Positions 55,701 to 64,000 of a DNA stretch of 64,000 nt are shown piece after piece; the first letter of the stretch is position 1, and each line of letters starts with the position of its first letter. The notes under the pieces are model-generated. The model worked only from the letters and a program-made list of their open reading frames with translations. It was not told where the DNA came from and searched no databases. The translations under genes and the position numbers were made by a program. Source of the DNA: an uncultured Longilinea sp. (GTDB taxonomy: Bacteria; Chloroflexota; Anaerolineae; Anaerolineales; Anaerolineaceae); contig CAZHYQ010000011.1 of assembly GCA_964536805.1 (NCBI GenBank), positions 17,305 to 81,304 of the forward strand, given 5' to 3'.

Positions 55701-56795
55701 ACCTTCAGACCAACGCCGGCCCGGCATGAGCCGACCGGTGAACTCATCCACAATCACCACTTTTCCGGACTGGACAAGATAGTCCTTGTTGCGGCGGAAA
55801 AGGAATTGAGCGCGCAGGCCTTGTTCGAGGAAGCCCATGATGCGGGCCTGTTCGGGGGTAATATCCTCCGGACGGTCGGGGTCGCGCAGGGTCATGCCCA
55901 TCAATGCTTCTACGTGCGCTTCTCCAGCTTCCGTCAGGCTGACAGTGCGGTCTTTCTCGCTGATTTCGTAATCCTCAGGCTGCAAGGCACGTACGACCTG
56001 CGCCATGCGGTTGTACCAATCGGCATCATCCGCAGCCGGGCCCGAAATGATCAGCGGAGTACGCGCTTCATCGATGAGGATATTATCCACTTCATCGACA
56101 ATGGCATAATGGTGGCCGCGCTGAACCCGATCTGATAGACGGTAGGTGAGGTTGTCGCGCAGAAAATCGAAGCCATATTCGCTGTTCATGCCATAAGTGA
56201 TATCGGCTTTGTAGGCTTCACCGCGGTCTACAAGACGCAGCTGATGCTGATCTTCGAACGGCGAACTTTTTTCCAGATCGACGATGAAAGCTTTCTTGCC
56301 GTTTTCGGTGCGCGAAGCCATTTGAAGCACGCCAACGCTCATTCCCAGCAGGTTATAGATGGGAGCCATCCAGCGTGCATCGCGCCGGGCCAGGTAGTCA
56401 TTAACGGTGACCAGGTGGACGCCGCGCCCGGTTAACCCGTTCAGGTAAAGCGGCAGCGTTGCAACCAGCGTCTTGCCCTCGCCAGTGCGCATTTCGGCAA
56501 TTTTTCCGCTGTGAAGCACCAGGCCGCCAATCAATTGGACGTCATAATGCCGGAGCCCGATGGTTCGTTTGCCGGCCTCGCGCACGGCAGCAAAGGCTTC
56601 CGGCAAAATATCATCCAGTTCCTCGCCGTCGGCCAGCCGCTGCTTGAATTCAACCGTTTTACCGCTAAGTTCTTCGTCGCTTAAGGTTTCAAAGGCAGGC
56701 TCGAGTGCATTGATTTGCTCTACGATTTGCGATAATTTATCAATTTCACGCTTGAGGGGGTCGCCCCCCAGAATGCGAATGAATTTATTAAACAT
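52719..56795 (-). CDS. secA: Preprotein translocase ATPase SecA (enlarged, 1358 aa)
   Basis: EMRTGEGKTL, VTVNDYLA, VDEVDNILIDEARTPLIISG, ATNMAGRGVDI, RRIDNQLRGRSARQGDPG and YAQRDPL motifs. Confidence 0.98.
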   Translation of the reverse strand: MFNKFIRILGGDPLKREIDKLSQIVEQINALEPAFETLSDEELSGKTVEFKQRLADGEELDDILPEAFAAVREAGKRTIGLRHYDVQLIGGLVLHSGKIAEMRTGEGKTLVATLPLYLNGLTGRGVHLVTVNDYLARRDARWMAPIYNLLGMSVGVLQMASRTENGKKAFIVDLEKSSPFEDQHQLRLVDRGEAYKADITYGMNSEYGFDFLRDNLTYRLSDRVQRGHHYAIVDEVDNILIDEARTPLIISGPAADDADWYNRMAQVVRALQPEDYEISEKDRTVSLTEAGEAHVEALMGMTLRDPDRPEDITPEQARIMGFLEQGLRAQFLFRRNKDYLVQSGKVVIVDEFTGRLMPGRRWSEGLHQAVEAKEGVKVEPENVTYATITIQNYFRMYEKLAGMTGTGLTESEEFHKIYKLEVQPIPTNLEYSAMRANAELAEVEGKDENGYKVSFYTRKGDPTKTPVFWRRKDFPDVVYRTEEAKLRAIIEEILRYYLLGRPQLVGTTSVEHSERLSDRLKAEPIRRLLQILLVRRAWMEKNKQDFIEQRIPELEFLNKPLDDLNPGELRQAAKPLGLASINPEDPANLDMLIRALDLSQNEKDRLIKTIQGGVPHQVLNARKHDEESQIIARAGSFGMVTIATNMAGRGVDIKLGGELPDDVLAGVIRVLQRTQNDPYDMTNEDRRKALLAISRDDYGIYVEAVDAFLAYMDDMERVRQLGGLHVVGSERHEARRIDNQLRGRSARQGDPGSSRFYLSLEDELMRLFGGGQVDNLIKRLNIDESYPIEHNLLGRLVEQAQERVEGSNFDVRKHLLEYDDVLNSQRQRIYAQRDRAFTKPDLTEDVIEILETDLNLRVPDALKDKEEGPWKLLAFMDEVQPTLDFEGVLYPSLTLRILVDDLQKRLEKTPGTVYDMREACMETASRALQAERDHIVKAARTLLDRMSEALERQRDDRFEILDNYLESLQSKEEEDDRSLQRKPQEIAEELGGLLHIPLRLTSEQLRQLVDGQEEVKGVIQEQIESNLLNIAIARSVTALERRVENLGFKPGQLQNLNWQEISETLLQAVMSALDEQAQRLVGQNGQIARDLEPLMDKLKDAPVVERNMMAMLTFMAQGTRVSFDKRTHRQATQRFTRLNYVYLAARQLEGRPASEVTEQVLEHARGAIGALTIIWGLAEWKRLNQNEVTLNQLDVRHQDYLREQTGIEKMNELAERPLAEMSQEDRNQLVGALGKRLLNESFRELLLSVISQAWVEYLTRVEALRVSIGLEAYAQRDPLVMYKGKASELFQDLLKEIRSGVVNRMFTFRPSREASISIDRERVDVPEALESGEETASTPTAAPIPVDRTANKKKRRHH

Positions 56796-56905
56796 ATGGC
56801 ACCCTTTCCGGCTGGATTATAGCATAGGCAGTTAATAATTCGATAAATAATGTTGGCCACCGAGCCTGGAGGACCGCGTGGGATGGGACTCCGAATAAAG
56901 GTAGA

Positions 56906-56930
56906 GGCGCACCTCAGTGCGCCCCTTTTT
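56906..56930. terminator. Hairpin downstream of lpdA
   Basis: Stem GGCGCAC/GTGCGCC with loop CTCA. The T-tract is on the plus strand; only TCTACCTTT follows on the minus strand. Confidence 0.55.
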
Positions 56931-56957
56931 ATGCGTGTGCGGTGAGAAAATAGTCAC

Positions 56958-58355
56958 TTAGATATGAATGGCATGACCTTCGGCACCTTCGGCTGCTTCC
57001 ATGATGGCCTCGCTCAGGGTGGGATGGGCATGCACATTGCGCGCGATTTCTGCGGTAGTCAATTCCATGCGCTGTGCCAGGGTAAGCTCGGGCAGGAGTT
57101 CGCTGACGTCCGGTCCGATCATGTGCGCGCCGAGGATCTCGCCATATTTGGCATCCGTGATGATTTTGACGAAGCCGGCAGTTTCGCCCAGGCCGAGCGC
57201 TTTGCCATTGGGTTGGAAAGGAAAGCGGCCGATCTTGACTTCGTAGCCAGCTTCTTTGGCCTGCGTTTCCGTATATCCAAAAGATGCAACCTGGGGTTGG
57301 CTGTAGGTGGCGCGCGGCATCATGCGGTAATCCAACGTAACGGTTTCGACGCCGGCAATATTCTCGGCTGCAACCACGCCCATGGCCGAGGCAACATGTG
57401 CCAGCAGCAATTGCCCGGTAACATCACCGATGGCATAAATATTTGGAATGCTGGTCTGCATCTTCTCGTTGATCTTGACGAACTTGCGTTCGGTTAATTC
57501 AACGCCAACCTCTTCCAGACCGATGTTGAGGCTGTTGGGTTTGAAACCGATCGCCATTAATGCCTGTTCGGCTTCCAAAATAGTTTCCTGCCCGTCCACG
57601 CTCACCACCACCTTAACCCCATTGTCAGTAGCCTGAACAGACTGGACTTTGTGGCCGGTAAGAATCTGGATGCCGCGTTTCTTGAAGGCTTTGGCCAGTT
57701 CGTTGCTAACCTCTTCGTCTTCCAGCGGCAGCACGCGCGGCAGCATTTCAACAATGGTCACCTGGCTGCCGTAGCCGCTCCAGACCGTGGCAAATTCCAT
57801 CCCGATGGCACCGGCACCGATGATGACCACCGATTCGGGCCGTTTTTCCTGCAGGATGGCTTCCTGGTAGGAAACGATCTTCTGACCGTCAACCGTGACG
57901 CCTGGAATGGTGGCGGAAAATGCACCGGTGGCGATGATGATGTTTTTAGCCTTAAGCTCCTCCACCTTGCCGTCCTTGTCGGTAACGGTTAGTGAACTGG
58001 GACTGGTCAATTTGGCCGCGCCCATAAAGACGTCGACGTTGTTCTTCTTCATCAGGAAGCCAACGCCCTTGACCAGCCGGTCGGAGACCTGACGGCTGCG
58101 TTTGACCGCAGCCGAGAAGTCCAGTTGCAGGTTCTCAAAGGAGAAACCAAAATCTTTGCCGCGTTCTCGCAGCGTGTGTGCCACTTCGGCGTTCTTAAGC
58201 AGCGCCTTGGATGGAATGCAACCGACATTCAAACAAACGCCGCCAAGCCATTGCTTGTCGACAATGGCGGTTTTCAAACCCAATTGCGAGGCGCGGATGG
58301 CAGAAACATACCCGCCAGGGCCAGCGCCGATCACGACCACATCATATTCATTCAT
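56958..58355 (-). CDS. lpdA: Dihydrolipoyl dehydrogenase (E3)
   Basis: GAGPGGY, GGVCLNVGCIPSK (redox CxxxxC), GAGAIGME, AIGDV and HAHPTLSE motifs. Confidence 0.98.
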   Translation of the reverse strand: MNEYDVVVIGAGPGGYVSAIRASQLGLKTAIVDKQWLGGVCLNVGCIPSKALLKNAEVAHTLRERGKDFGFSFENLQLDFSAAVKRSRQVSDRLVKGVGFLMKKNNVDVFMGAAKLTSPSSLTVTDKDGKVEELKAKNIIIATGAFSATIPGVTVDGQKIVSYQEAILQEKRPESVVIIGAGAIGMEFATVWSGYGSQVTIVEMLPRVLPLEDEEVSNELAKAFKKRGIQILTGHKVQSVQATDNGVKVVVSVDGQETILEAEQALMAIGFKPNSLNIGLEEVGVELTERKFVKINEKMQTSIPNIYAIGDVTGQLLLAHVASAMGVVAAENIAGVETVTLDYRMMPRATYSQPQVASFGYTETQAKEAGYEVKIGRFPFQPNGKALGLGETAGFVKIITDAKYGEILGAHMIGPDVSELLPELTLAQRMELTTAEIARNVHAHPTLSEAIMEAAEGAEGHAIHI

Positions 58356-58528
58356 GGATATCCCTCAAATTTGTGATTAGGCCTGCTCTTGTAGAGTTAT
58401 TGTCGATTATGACATGGAAACTACTGGATGAAAAGCAGGAATTCAAAGCTTCGGTTAATCAATATTGCGAAGAGCTCAGGTTAATAAGCGGCATTGGAAT
58501 AAAAATTGGAGAGAGGTGGAAGAATGTG

Positions 58529-59446
58529 CTACCACTTCTTTTGGCCGATAAATTTGATTCCGGAAACAAAAAGGTCATCGGTGGATGGCGTTTTGGTTTT
58601 AATCAGACCTGGATATTTCCAGATCATGCGCAGACCGTCAAAGGATAAAGTCTCTACATAACCAATTGCCTTTACCTGGCTTTTTCTTTCTCGAAAAATG
58701 CCGCGGTATTGGTCAACAGAATATTCATTTACGAAAGGTCCAATCGTTTTATTCATGGCTGGGTTATCGTAAGTTTTCGTGAGCGATTCGCGGTTTTCAT
58801 CCAGGTATTTCTGGATTGTGCTTTTGGAAAAAAGAAGCTGAGGATAAGCCATGCCCAACCTCCGGGCAGCATGTAAGCCCCAAGGCGAATAATATAAAGG
58901 ATTAAATGCGATGAAAATGAGCCCTCCCGGGCGGATAACTCGGATCATCTCGTCCAGGATAAATTCTGGATGTTCAAAATGCTCGAAGGAATTAATTGAA
59001 TAAACAAGATCAAAAGCATTATTGCAATAAGGAAGACGGCCGGCATCGCCGAGGGCGAGATTAATGGCAGAACTGTTTACTTCAGGATATAAATTCAGGG
59101 CGATATCATTGGCATATATGGATTGTTTATTTTGATTGAAGAGATGAGCAATCCAGCCTGTGCCGCAGCCAACTTCTAAAACTCTGTAAGTCCCTTCTTT
59201 AGGGATAAATTCGGAAATTCTTTTGTACCATTTTTGTTGTTGGTCCTGGTAAGCTTTTATGGTTGATTTTCCCGCGAGCGTAGACTCGCGGTTCAGGTCG
59301 ATTAATGCCTGATAGCTCAAAAATTCCTCTTTCTGCTTTGGAAATAGGAGAAAAAGTGCAGTTACTTTTACAAAAATTTGTAAAAAGAAAAAATATATTT
59401 TTTCTATCCGTAAACGCAATAAGTAATTCTGTGTGAAGATGTACAT
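58529..59446 (-). CDS. Class I SAM-dependent methyltransferase, AT-rich
   Basis: VLEVGCGTG, GDAGRLPY..NAFDLVYS.NSFEHF and E..RVIRPGG motifs. Start uncertain (59446 or 59575). Confidence 0.85.
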   Translation of the reverse strand: MYIFTQNYLLRLRIEKIYFFFLQIFVKVTALFLLFPKQKEEFLSYQALIDLNRESTLAGKSTIKAYQDQQQKWYKRISEFIPKEGTYRVLEVGCGTGWIAHLFNQNKQSIYANDIALNLYPEVNSSAINLALGDAGRLPYCNNAFDLVYSINSFEHFEHPEFILDEMIRVIRPGGLIFIAFNPLYYSPWGLHAARRLGMAYPQLLFSKSTIQKYLDENRESLTKTYDNPAMNKTIGPFVNEYSVDQYRGIFRERKSQVKAIGYVETLSFDGLRMIWKYPGLIKTKTPSTDDLFVSGIKFIGQKKW

Positions 59447-59626
59447 ACGATGGTTGGCCTGGTGTTTAGTTTTATTATGGTATGAAAAGACCTGCTCGAG
59501 GATGATTAATTGGAACGTACAAAGCTGCCAGAAAGGATGAAAGACCAATCCTTCAGACAGGAAATGTTGACCCATTATAGCTGCGGAATGCGGACAGCAG
59601 GGTCTTTCGATTCAATTAGCCGATAA

Positions 59627-60961
59627 TCAATCCCATCCTTGTAAAACGGAGACAATCTTGCCAAGGAATTTATCCGCGGAATCGCCGTCCAGGATGCGGT
59701 GATCGAAGGTTAGCGAAAGATAAACCATCGGACGGACCGCGATGGCATCATCTTCAAGCACCACCACTCGTTTTTGAATGGCGCCGACGCCCAGGATGGC
59801 GCATTGCGGCTGATTAATAATGGGCATGGCAAACAATGACCCGCCCGTGCCGTGGTTGGTGATGGTGAACGTGCCTCCCTGGACTTCATCCGGTTGCAGG
59901 CGGTGACCGCGGGCGCGGGCGGCCAGGTCATTGATTGTGCGCGCCAACCCCAGCAGCGATAGTCCGTCAGCCTGCTTGATGACCGGCACAATCAGACCTT
60001 CCTCGCCCAGCGAGGTGGCCATGCCGATGTTGACGTTTCCGTGAATCCAGACGCCTTCATCGCGCCAGGAGGAGTTGACCAGCGGGAATGCGCGCAGTGC
60101 TGCCGCTGCGGCAGCCATGAAATAAGCAGTGTAGGTCAAATTGACGCCGTCGCGAACGAAAAGCGGTTTGTTGGTTTCACGGTGGGCCACGACCTTTTTC
60201 AAATCAACTTCCATCACGGTTGTGACATGCGGGGATGTGTGCCGGCTGAGCACCATATGCTCGGCGATGCGCCTGCGCATTTGCGAGAGGGGCACCAGGC
60301 GGCCTGCCATGACTGGCGATTGTCCCTGGCTGCCGGACGGAATGGATTGAACTGCCGAAGGGGCTGGCGGCAGGTTATTGGCAAACATCAACTCAGTGGG
60401 CCGGAAGAGATCGCCTTCGCCGGGTGTTTCCCAGGCAGCCGGCTCTGGTTTTCCAATCTCGGCGGAAGGCGCAGGGTTCCCATCGAGGTATGCCAGAACA
60501 TCCTTTTTGGTAATGCGGCCGCCTTCGCCGCTGCCCTTGACTGCATGCAAATCAAGGTTGTGTTCGCGGGCAATTTTGGCGACCACCGGCGAGACAAAAC
60601 CCAAATCACGGCCGCTGACCGCAGATTCAGGAATTCTCTTTGCCTGGCCAGCTTCTGGCGTCGAAATCATGGGTTGCGGAGCATTTGTAGCCTTAACGGG
60701 TGAACTGCCCTCGACGGTCTCGCCGGGCTGTCCGATCCACGCGATGATGGTGCCGGCTTTGACTGTTTCTCCTTCGGCTGCGAGAAGCCGCAGCACCACG
60801 CCGGCGGCCGGGCTGGGAATTTCTGAATTGACTTTATCGGTGTTGACCTCAAGCAGCGATTCAAACTCGTCGATACGGTCGCCCTCGTGCTTGAACCATT
60901 GCATGACGGTGCCTTCGACCACTGATTCGCCAAGCTGCGGCATGATGACTTGAGTCGCCAT
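59627..60961 (-). CDS. Dihydrolipoamide acyltransferase (E2), branched-chain 2-oxoacid dehydrogenase type
   Basis: MPQLGESVVEG, lipoyl site NTDKV, peripheral-subunit-binding domain SPVVAKIAREH..GSG.GGRITK.DV, and catalytic DHRILDG. Confidence 0.96.
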   Translation of the reverse strand: MATQVIMPQLGESVVEGTVMQWFKHEGDRIDEFESLLEVNTDKVNSEIPSPAAGVVLRLLAAEGETVKAGTIIAWIGQPGETVEGSSPVKATNAPQPMISTPEAGQAKRIPESAVSGRDLGFVSPVVAKIAREHNLDLHAVKGSGEGGRITKKDVLAYLDGNPAPSAEIGKPEPAAWETPGEGDLFRPTELMFANNLPPAPSAVQSIPSGSQGQSPVMAGRLVPLSQMRRRIAEHMVLSRHTSPHVTTVMEVDLKKVVAHRETNKPLFVRDGVNLTYTAYFMAAAAAALRAFPLVNSSWRDEGVWIHGNVNIGMATSLGEEGLIVPVIKQADGLSLLGLARTINDLAARARGHRLQPDEVQGGTFTITNHGTGGSLFAMPIINQPQCAILGVGAIQKRVVVLEDDAIAVRPMVYLSLTFDHRILDGDSADKFLGKIVSVLQGWD

Positions 60962-60976
60962 TTTGTTCTCCTCGGA

Positions 60977-61960
60977 TTAATAACGCGCCAATTGGCGAAT
61001 GGCCTCGGCAATTTTTGCCGGGTTCAGCATAAACCAATCCTGCATCGGGTGACTGAATGGCACGGCCGGAACGTCCGGTCCAGCCAGGCGGCGCACAGGA
61101 GCATCCAGGTCGCTGAAGACCTGCTCGGCAATGGTGGCTGCGATTTCAGCGCCATAACCGCCGGTCAGGTTATCCTCATGGACAATTAATGCTTTGCCGG
61201 TCTTGCGTACCGATGTCAGAATGGTCTGGCGGTCGACCGGGTAGAGTGTGCGCAAATCGACCACTTCCACATCGATTCCCTCTTTGGCTACCTGGGCAGC
61301 TGCCTGCAGGGTGTAATAATGCATCATGCCATAGCTGAAAACGGTCAAATCGCTGCCCGCGCGGGTTACATTAGCCGGGCCGATCGCCACGGTATATTCG
61401 CCATCCGGCACCTCGCCCTTGATCAGGCGGTAACCTTTCTTGGGTTCAAAGAAGAGGATTGGATTCGGGTCTCGTACGGCTGATTTTAACAATCCCTTGG
61501 CATCGTACGGGCTGGAGGGGATGACCACTTTCAGACCCGGGGTGTGGGTGAAAAGCGCTTCCAGACTTTGCGAGTGATACAAACCGCCGCCAATGCCGCC
61601 GCCGTAGGGGGCGCGGATGACCATCGGCACCGTCCAATCGCCATTGGAGCGGTAACACATCTTGGCGGCTTCATTGATGATCTGGTTGAATGCCGGATGG
61701 ATAAAATCGGCAAACTGAATTTCGCAGATGGGACGCATGCCGTAGAGCGCCGCACCGATGCCGACCCCCACAATGGAGGCTTCGGCCAGGGGTGAATCGA
61801 TCACGCGCTCGCCGCCGTACTTATCAAATAGACCCAACGTGGCGCGGAAGACACCACCGCGTTTACCGACATCCTCGCCGACGATGAATACGTTTTCGTC
61901 GCGCGCCAATTCCTCGTCCATCGCCTGGCGGACTGCTTCGATCAGGGTGATTTCAGCCAC
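60977..61960 (-). CDS. 2-oxoacid dehydrogenase E1 beta (branched-chain type)
   Basis: GEDVGKRGGVFR, DSPLAEASIVG, EIQFADF, GGLYHSQS and EVVDLRTL motifs. GTG start after GAGGAGG. Confidence 0.96.
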   Translation of the reverse strand: MAEITLIEAVRQAMDEELARDENVFIVGEDVGKRGGVFRATLGLFDKYGGERVIDSPLAEASIVGVGIGAALYGMRPICEIQFADFIHPAFNQIINEAAKMCYRSNGDWTVPMVIRAPYGGGIGGGLYHSQSLEALFTHTPGLKVVIPSSPYDAKGLLKSAVRDPNPILFFEPKKGYRLIKGEVPDGEYTVAIGPANVTRAGSDLTVFSYGMMHYYTLQAAAQVAKEGIDVEVVDLRTLYPVDRQTILTSVRKTGKALIVHEDNLTGGYGAEIAATIAEQVFSDLDAPVRRLAGPDVPAVPFSHPMQDWFMLNPAKIAEAIRQLARY

Positions 61961-62936
61961 GGCGCACCTCCTCGGCATAGACGGGATAGGCGGCGTCTTC
62001 ATCGGCGGGGTATGGAGCTGCTTCGGCGGTTTTGACTGCCTCGTCGATGATCGCTTTGGCGCGGGCTTCCATCTCATCCGCCTGAGCTTCGGTCAACAAA
62101 TTTTCCTTTTCCAGCGACTGGCGGGCAATGATTAAGGGATCGCTCTTTTTATGGTCTTCCACCTCTTCGCGCGAGCGGTAGGTGCGGTCGTCATCATCTG
62201 ATGAATGCGGCGTGATGCGGTACATGCGGGTTTCAATCAGGGTTGGACCTTCGCCCTTGCGGGCGCGATCCACAGCCTTGCTCACCGCGGCGAAAACGGC
62301 AAAAACATCTGTGCCGTCGACCATGATGCCCGGCAGACCCAATCCGCAGGCCTTATCTGCCGAACTTGGCACCGCCATTTGCATTTCCGGCGGGACCGAG
62401 ATGGCATACTGGTTGTTTTCCACGATAAAAATGACCGGCAGGCGGTGAACGGCTGCCCAGTTGACGCCTTCATACCACTCACCCTGCGAGGTGGAGCCTT
62501 CGCCGATGGTGGTCAGCACGACTTTATCTTCGTGACGCAGTTTGATGGCCAACCCGATGCCGGAGGCATGCACGGTTTGAGTGGCAACCGGCGCGGAATG
62601 GCTGACGGCGTTGGCCTTGCGCAGACTCCAGTGGCTTGGCATTTGGCGCCCGCCGGAACTGGGCTCGGCCGCCTTGCCCATCAGGCTTAACATGAAATCA
62701 GCGGGCGTGTAACCCAGGGCCAGCATCAGGGCCAGATCGCGGTAGTAGGGCGTAACCCAGTCGTAACCGCGGCGCAGTGCGAAGGCTGCTCCGATTTGGG
62801 CGGCTTCATGCCCGATGCCCGATATGTGGAAGGCAATTTTTCCCTGACGGTGAAGCACCCAGGCGCGTTCATCCACCCGGCGCGCCAGCAGCATCATCCA
62901 GTACATCTCCCGCTTGTCGTCCGCTGACAGATCCAT
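61953..62936 (-). CDS. 2-oxoacid dehydrogenase E1 alpha (branched-chain type)
   Basis: RQGKIAF, PYYRD, GGRQMPSH, TPP-binding GEGSTSQG..EG.N, ENNQYAIS and HSSDDD motifs. Confidence 0.95.
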   Translation of the reverse strand: MDLSADDKREMYWMMLLARRVDERAWVLHRQGKIAFHISGIGHEAAQIGAAFALRRGYDWVTPYYRDLALMLALGYTPADFMLSLMGKAAEPSSGGRQMPSHWSLRKANAVSHSAPVATQTVHASGIGLAIKLRHEDKVVLTTIGEGSTSQGEWYEGVNWAAVHRLPVIFIVENNQYAISVPPEMQMAVPSSADKACGLGLPGIMVDGTDVFAVFAAVSKAVDRARKGEGPTLIETRMYRITPHSSDDDDRTYRSREEVEDHKKSDPLIIARQSLEKENLLTEAQADEMEARAKAIIDEAVKTAEAAPYPADEDAAYPVYAEEVRRG

Positions 62937-63069
62937 TCCGCTTGACCTCCTGAGAATTATGAAGGCAAATTCTGAAGCATATTGTAATTATTTATCTATT
63001 ATATAAAGTTTACCACCACACAAAATACCAGGCAAATTGCTTTGCATTAGCAATGGATTAGAAAGCGCG

Positions 63070-63954
63070 TCAAAGGGAGGGTGTGAGCTTTGGCCGGACG
63101 ATGGCATCTGTCATGCGCGCCACGCGCGCCATCATTTCCACATCGTGTACGCGGATGATATCCGCGCCGCGTGCAATGCCGACCGCGACGGCTGCGGCAG
63201 TGCCCTCGGCGCGCTGGTCGGGCGGCAGGTTAAGCGTATAGCCAATAAATGATTTGCGCGAAGGACCCAGCAACAACGGGAATCCCAGTGCCCGGATTTC
63301 ATCCAGCCGGTTGAGCAATTCCAGGTTCTGGTCGACCGTTTTCCCAAAGCCGATGCCAGGGTCGAGAATAATGTTCTCATCCTTCACGCCTGCCGCGAGC
63401 GCCAGGGCAACGCTTTCCAACAATTCCCGGCAGACATCGGAAATCAAATCCTGATAATCGACGCCGACATAGCGTCCGCCCAGGCGGGATTGCAGTTCGG
63501 CGTTGCCCGGTTTGCTGCGGTTGTGCATCAGGATGACCGGAGAAGCATTTTGGGCAGCAACTTCAGCCATTTTTGGGTCGGCACGCAAGCCCCACACATC
63601 GTTAATCCAATGAGCGCCGGCACTTAAGGCCGCCTGCGCCACGGTGGCTTTGTAGGTATCCACGGACAACACCGCGGCGATATCCTCGTTGGCAAGCGCC
63701 TGCACCACCGGAATGACCCGCTCCAGTTCCTCCGCTTCGCTCACCTGGGCGGCGCCTGGCCGGGTGCTTTCGCCGCCGATGTCAATGATATCTGCACCGG
63801 CGGCCACAAACCGGCGTGCCTGTTCAATGGCAAAAGGGATCACCTCATCCTGCTGCAGCAAGCCGTCGCCGGAAAAACTATCCGGGGTGACATTGAGAAT
63901 GCCCATGATGAACGTCCGGGAACCCCATGCGAACGGGTAGGGGAGAGGAGACAT
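63070..63954 (-). CDS. folP: Dihydropteroate synthase
   Basis: MGILNVTPDSFSG, IGGESTRPG, SVDTYKA, INDV, LDPGIGFGK, SRKSFIG and RVHDV motifs. Confidence 0.98.
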   Translation of the reverse strand: MSPLPYPFAWGSRTFIMGILNVTPDSFSGDGLLQQDEVIPFAIEQARRFVAAGADIIDIGGESTRPGAAQVSEAEELERVIPVVQALANEDIAAVLSVDTYKATVAQAALSAGAHWINDVWGLRADPKMAEVAAQNASPVILMHNRSKPGNAELQSRLGGRYVGVDYQDLISDVCRELLESVALALAAGVKDENIILDPGIGFGKTVDQNLELLNRLDEIRALGFPLLLGPSRKSFIGYTLNLPPDQRAEGTAAAVAVGIARGADIIRVHDVEMMARVARMTDAIVRPKLTPSL

Positions 63955-64000
63955 TGGCCCACCTCCAGAAATCTATGAAAGGATTTTCTTCAGCGTTTCA

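Overview
A roughly 55-60% GC bacterial chromosomal segment whose gene styles point to Chloroflexota, probably Anaerolineae (inference from the long SecA, a Lia-like paralog cluster and typical hypothetical proteins). It is mostly housekeeping: frr-uppS-cdsA-glpX, rpsA, secA, acpS, an M16 peptidase pair, the branched-chain 2-oxoacid dehydrogenase E1a/E1b/E2/E3 genes, and folP. It also carries an 11-gene group 4 energy-converting [NiFe]-hydrogenase operon (4027-12438) with two antiporter-like subunits and a Rex/CRP-like operator. Other notable loci are a bacterial alpha-2-macroglobulin lacking the thioester motif, a circularly permuted family-5 solute-binding lipoprotein, a selenocysteine tRNA (selC), a PolX-PHP lacking its third catalytic Asp, and an ND-DD (Mn-type) CDF exporter. 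Two further modules have unknown function: a two-gene operon (degenerate FtsK-like ATPase domain plus a 75-aa protein) whose promoter carries two LexA-like boxes, and a ParB/Srx-like plus metallophosphoesterase pair. An AT-rich methyltransferase gene sits inside the dehydrogenase operon. No CRISPR array, transposase, integrase or rRNA was seen. All family assignments come from motif reading and recalled knowledge, not from database searches.
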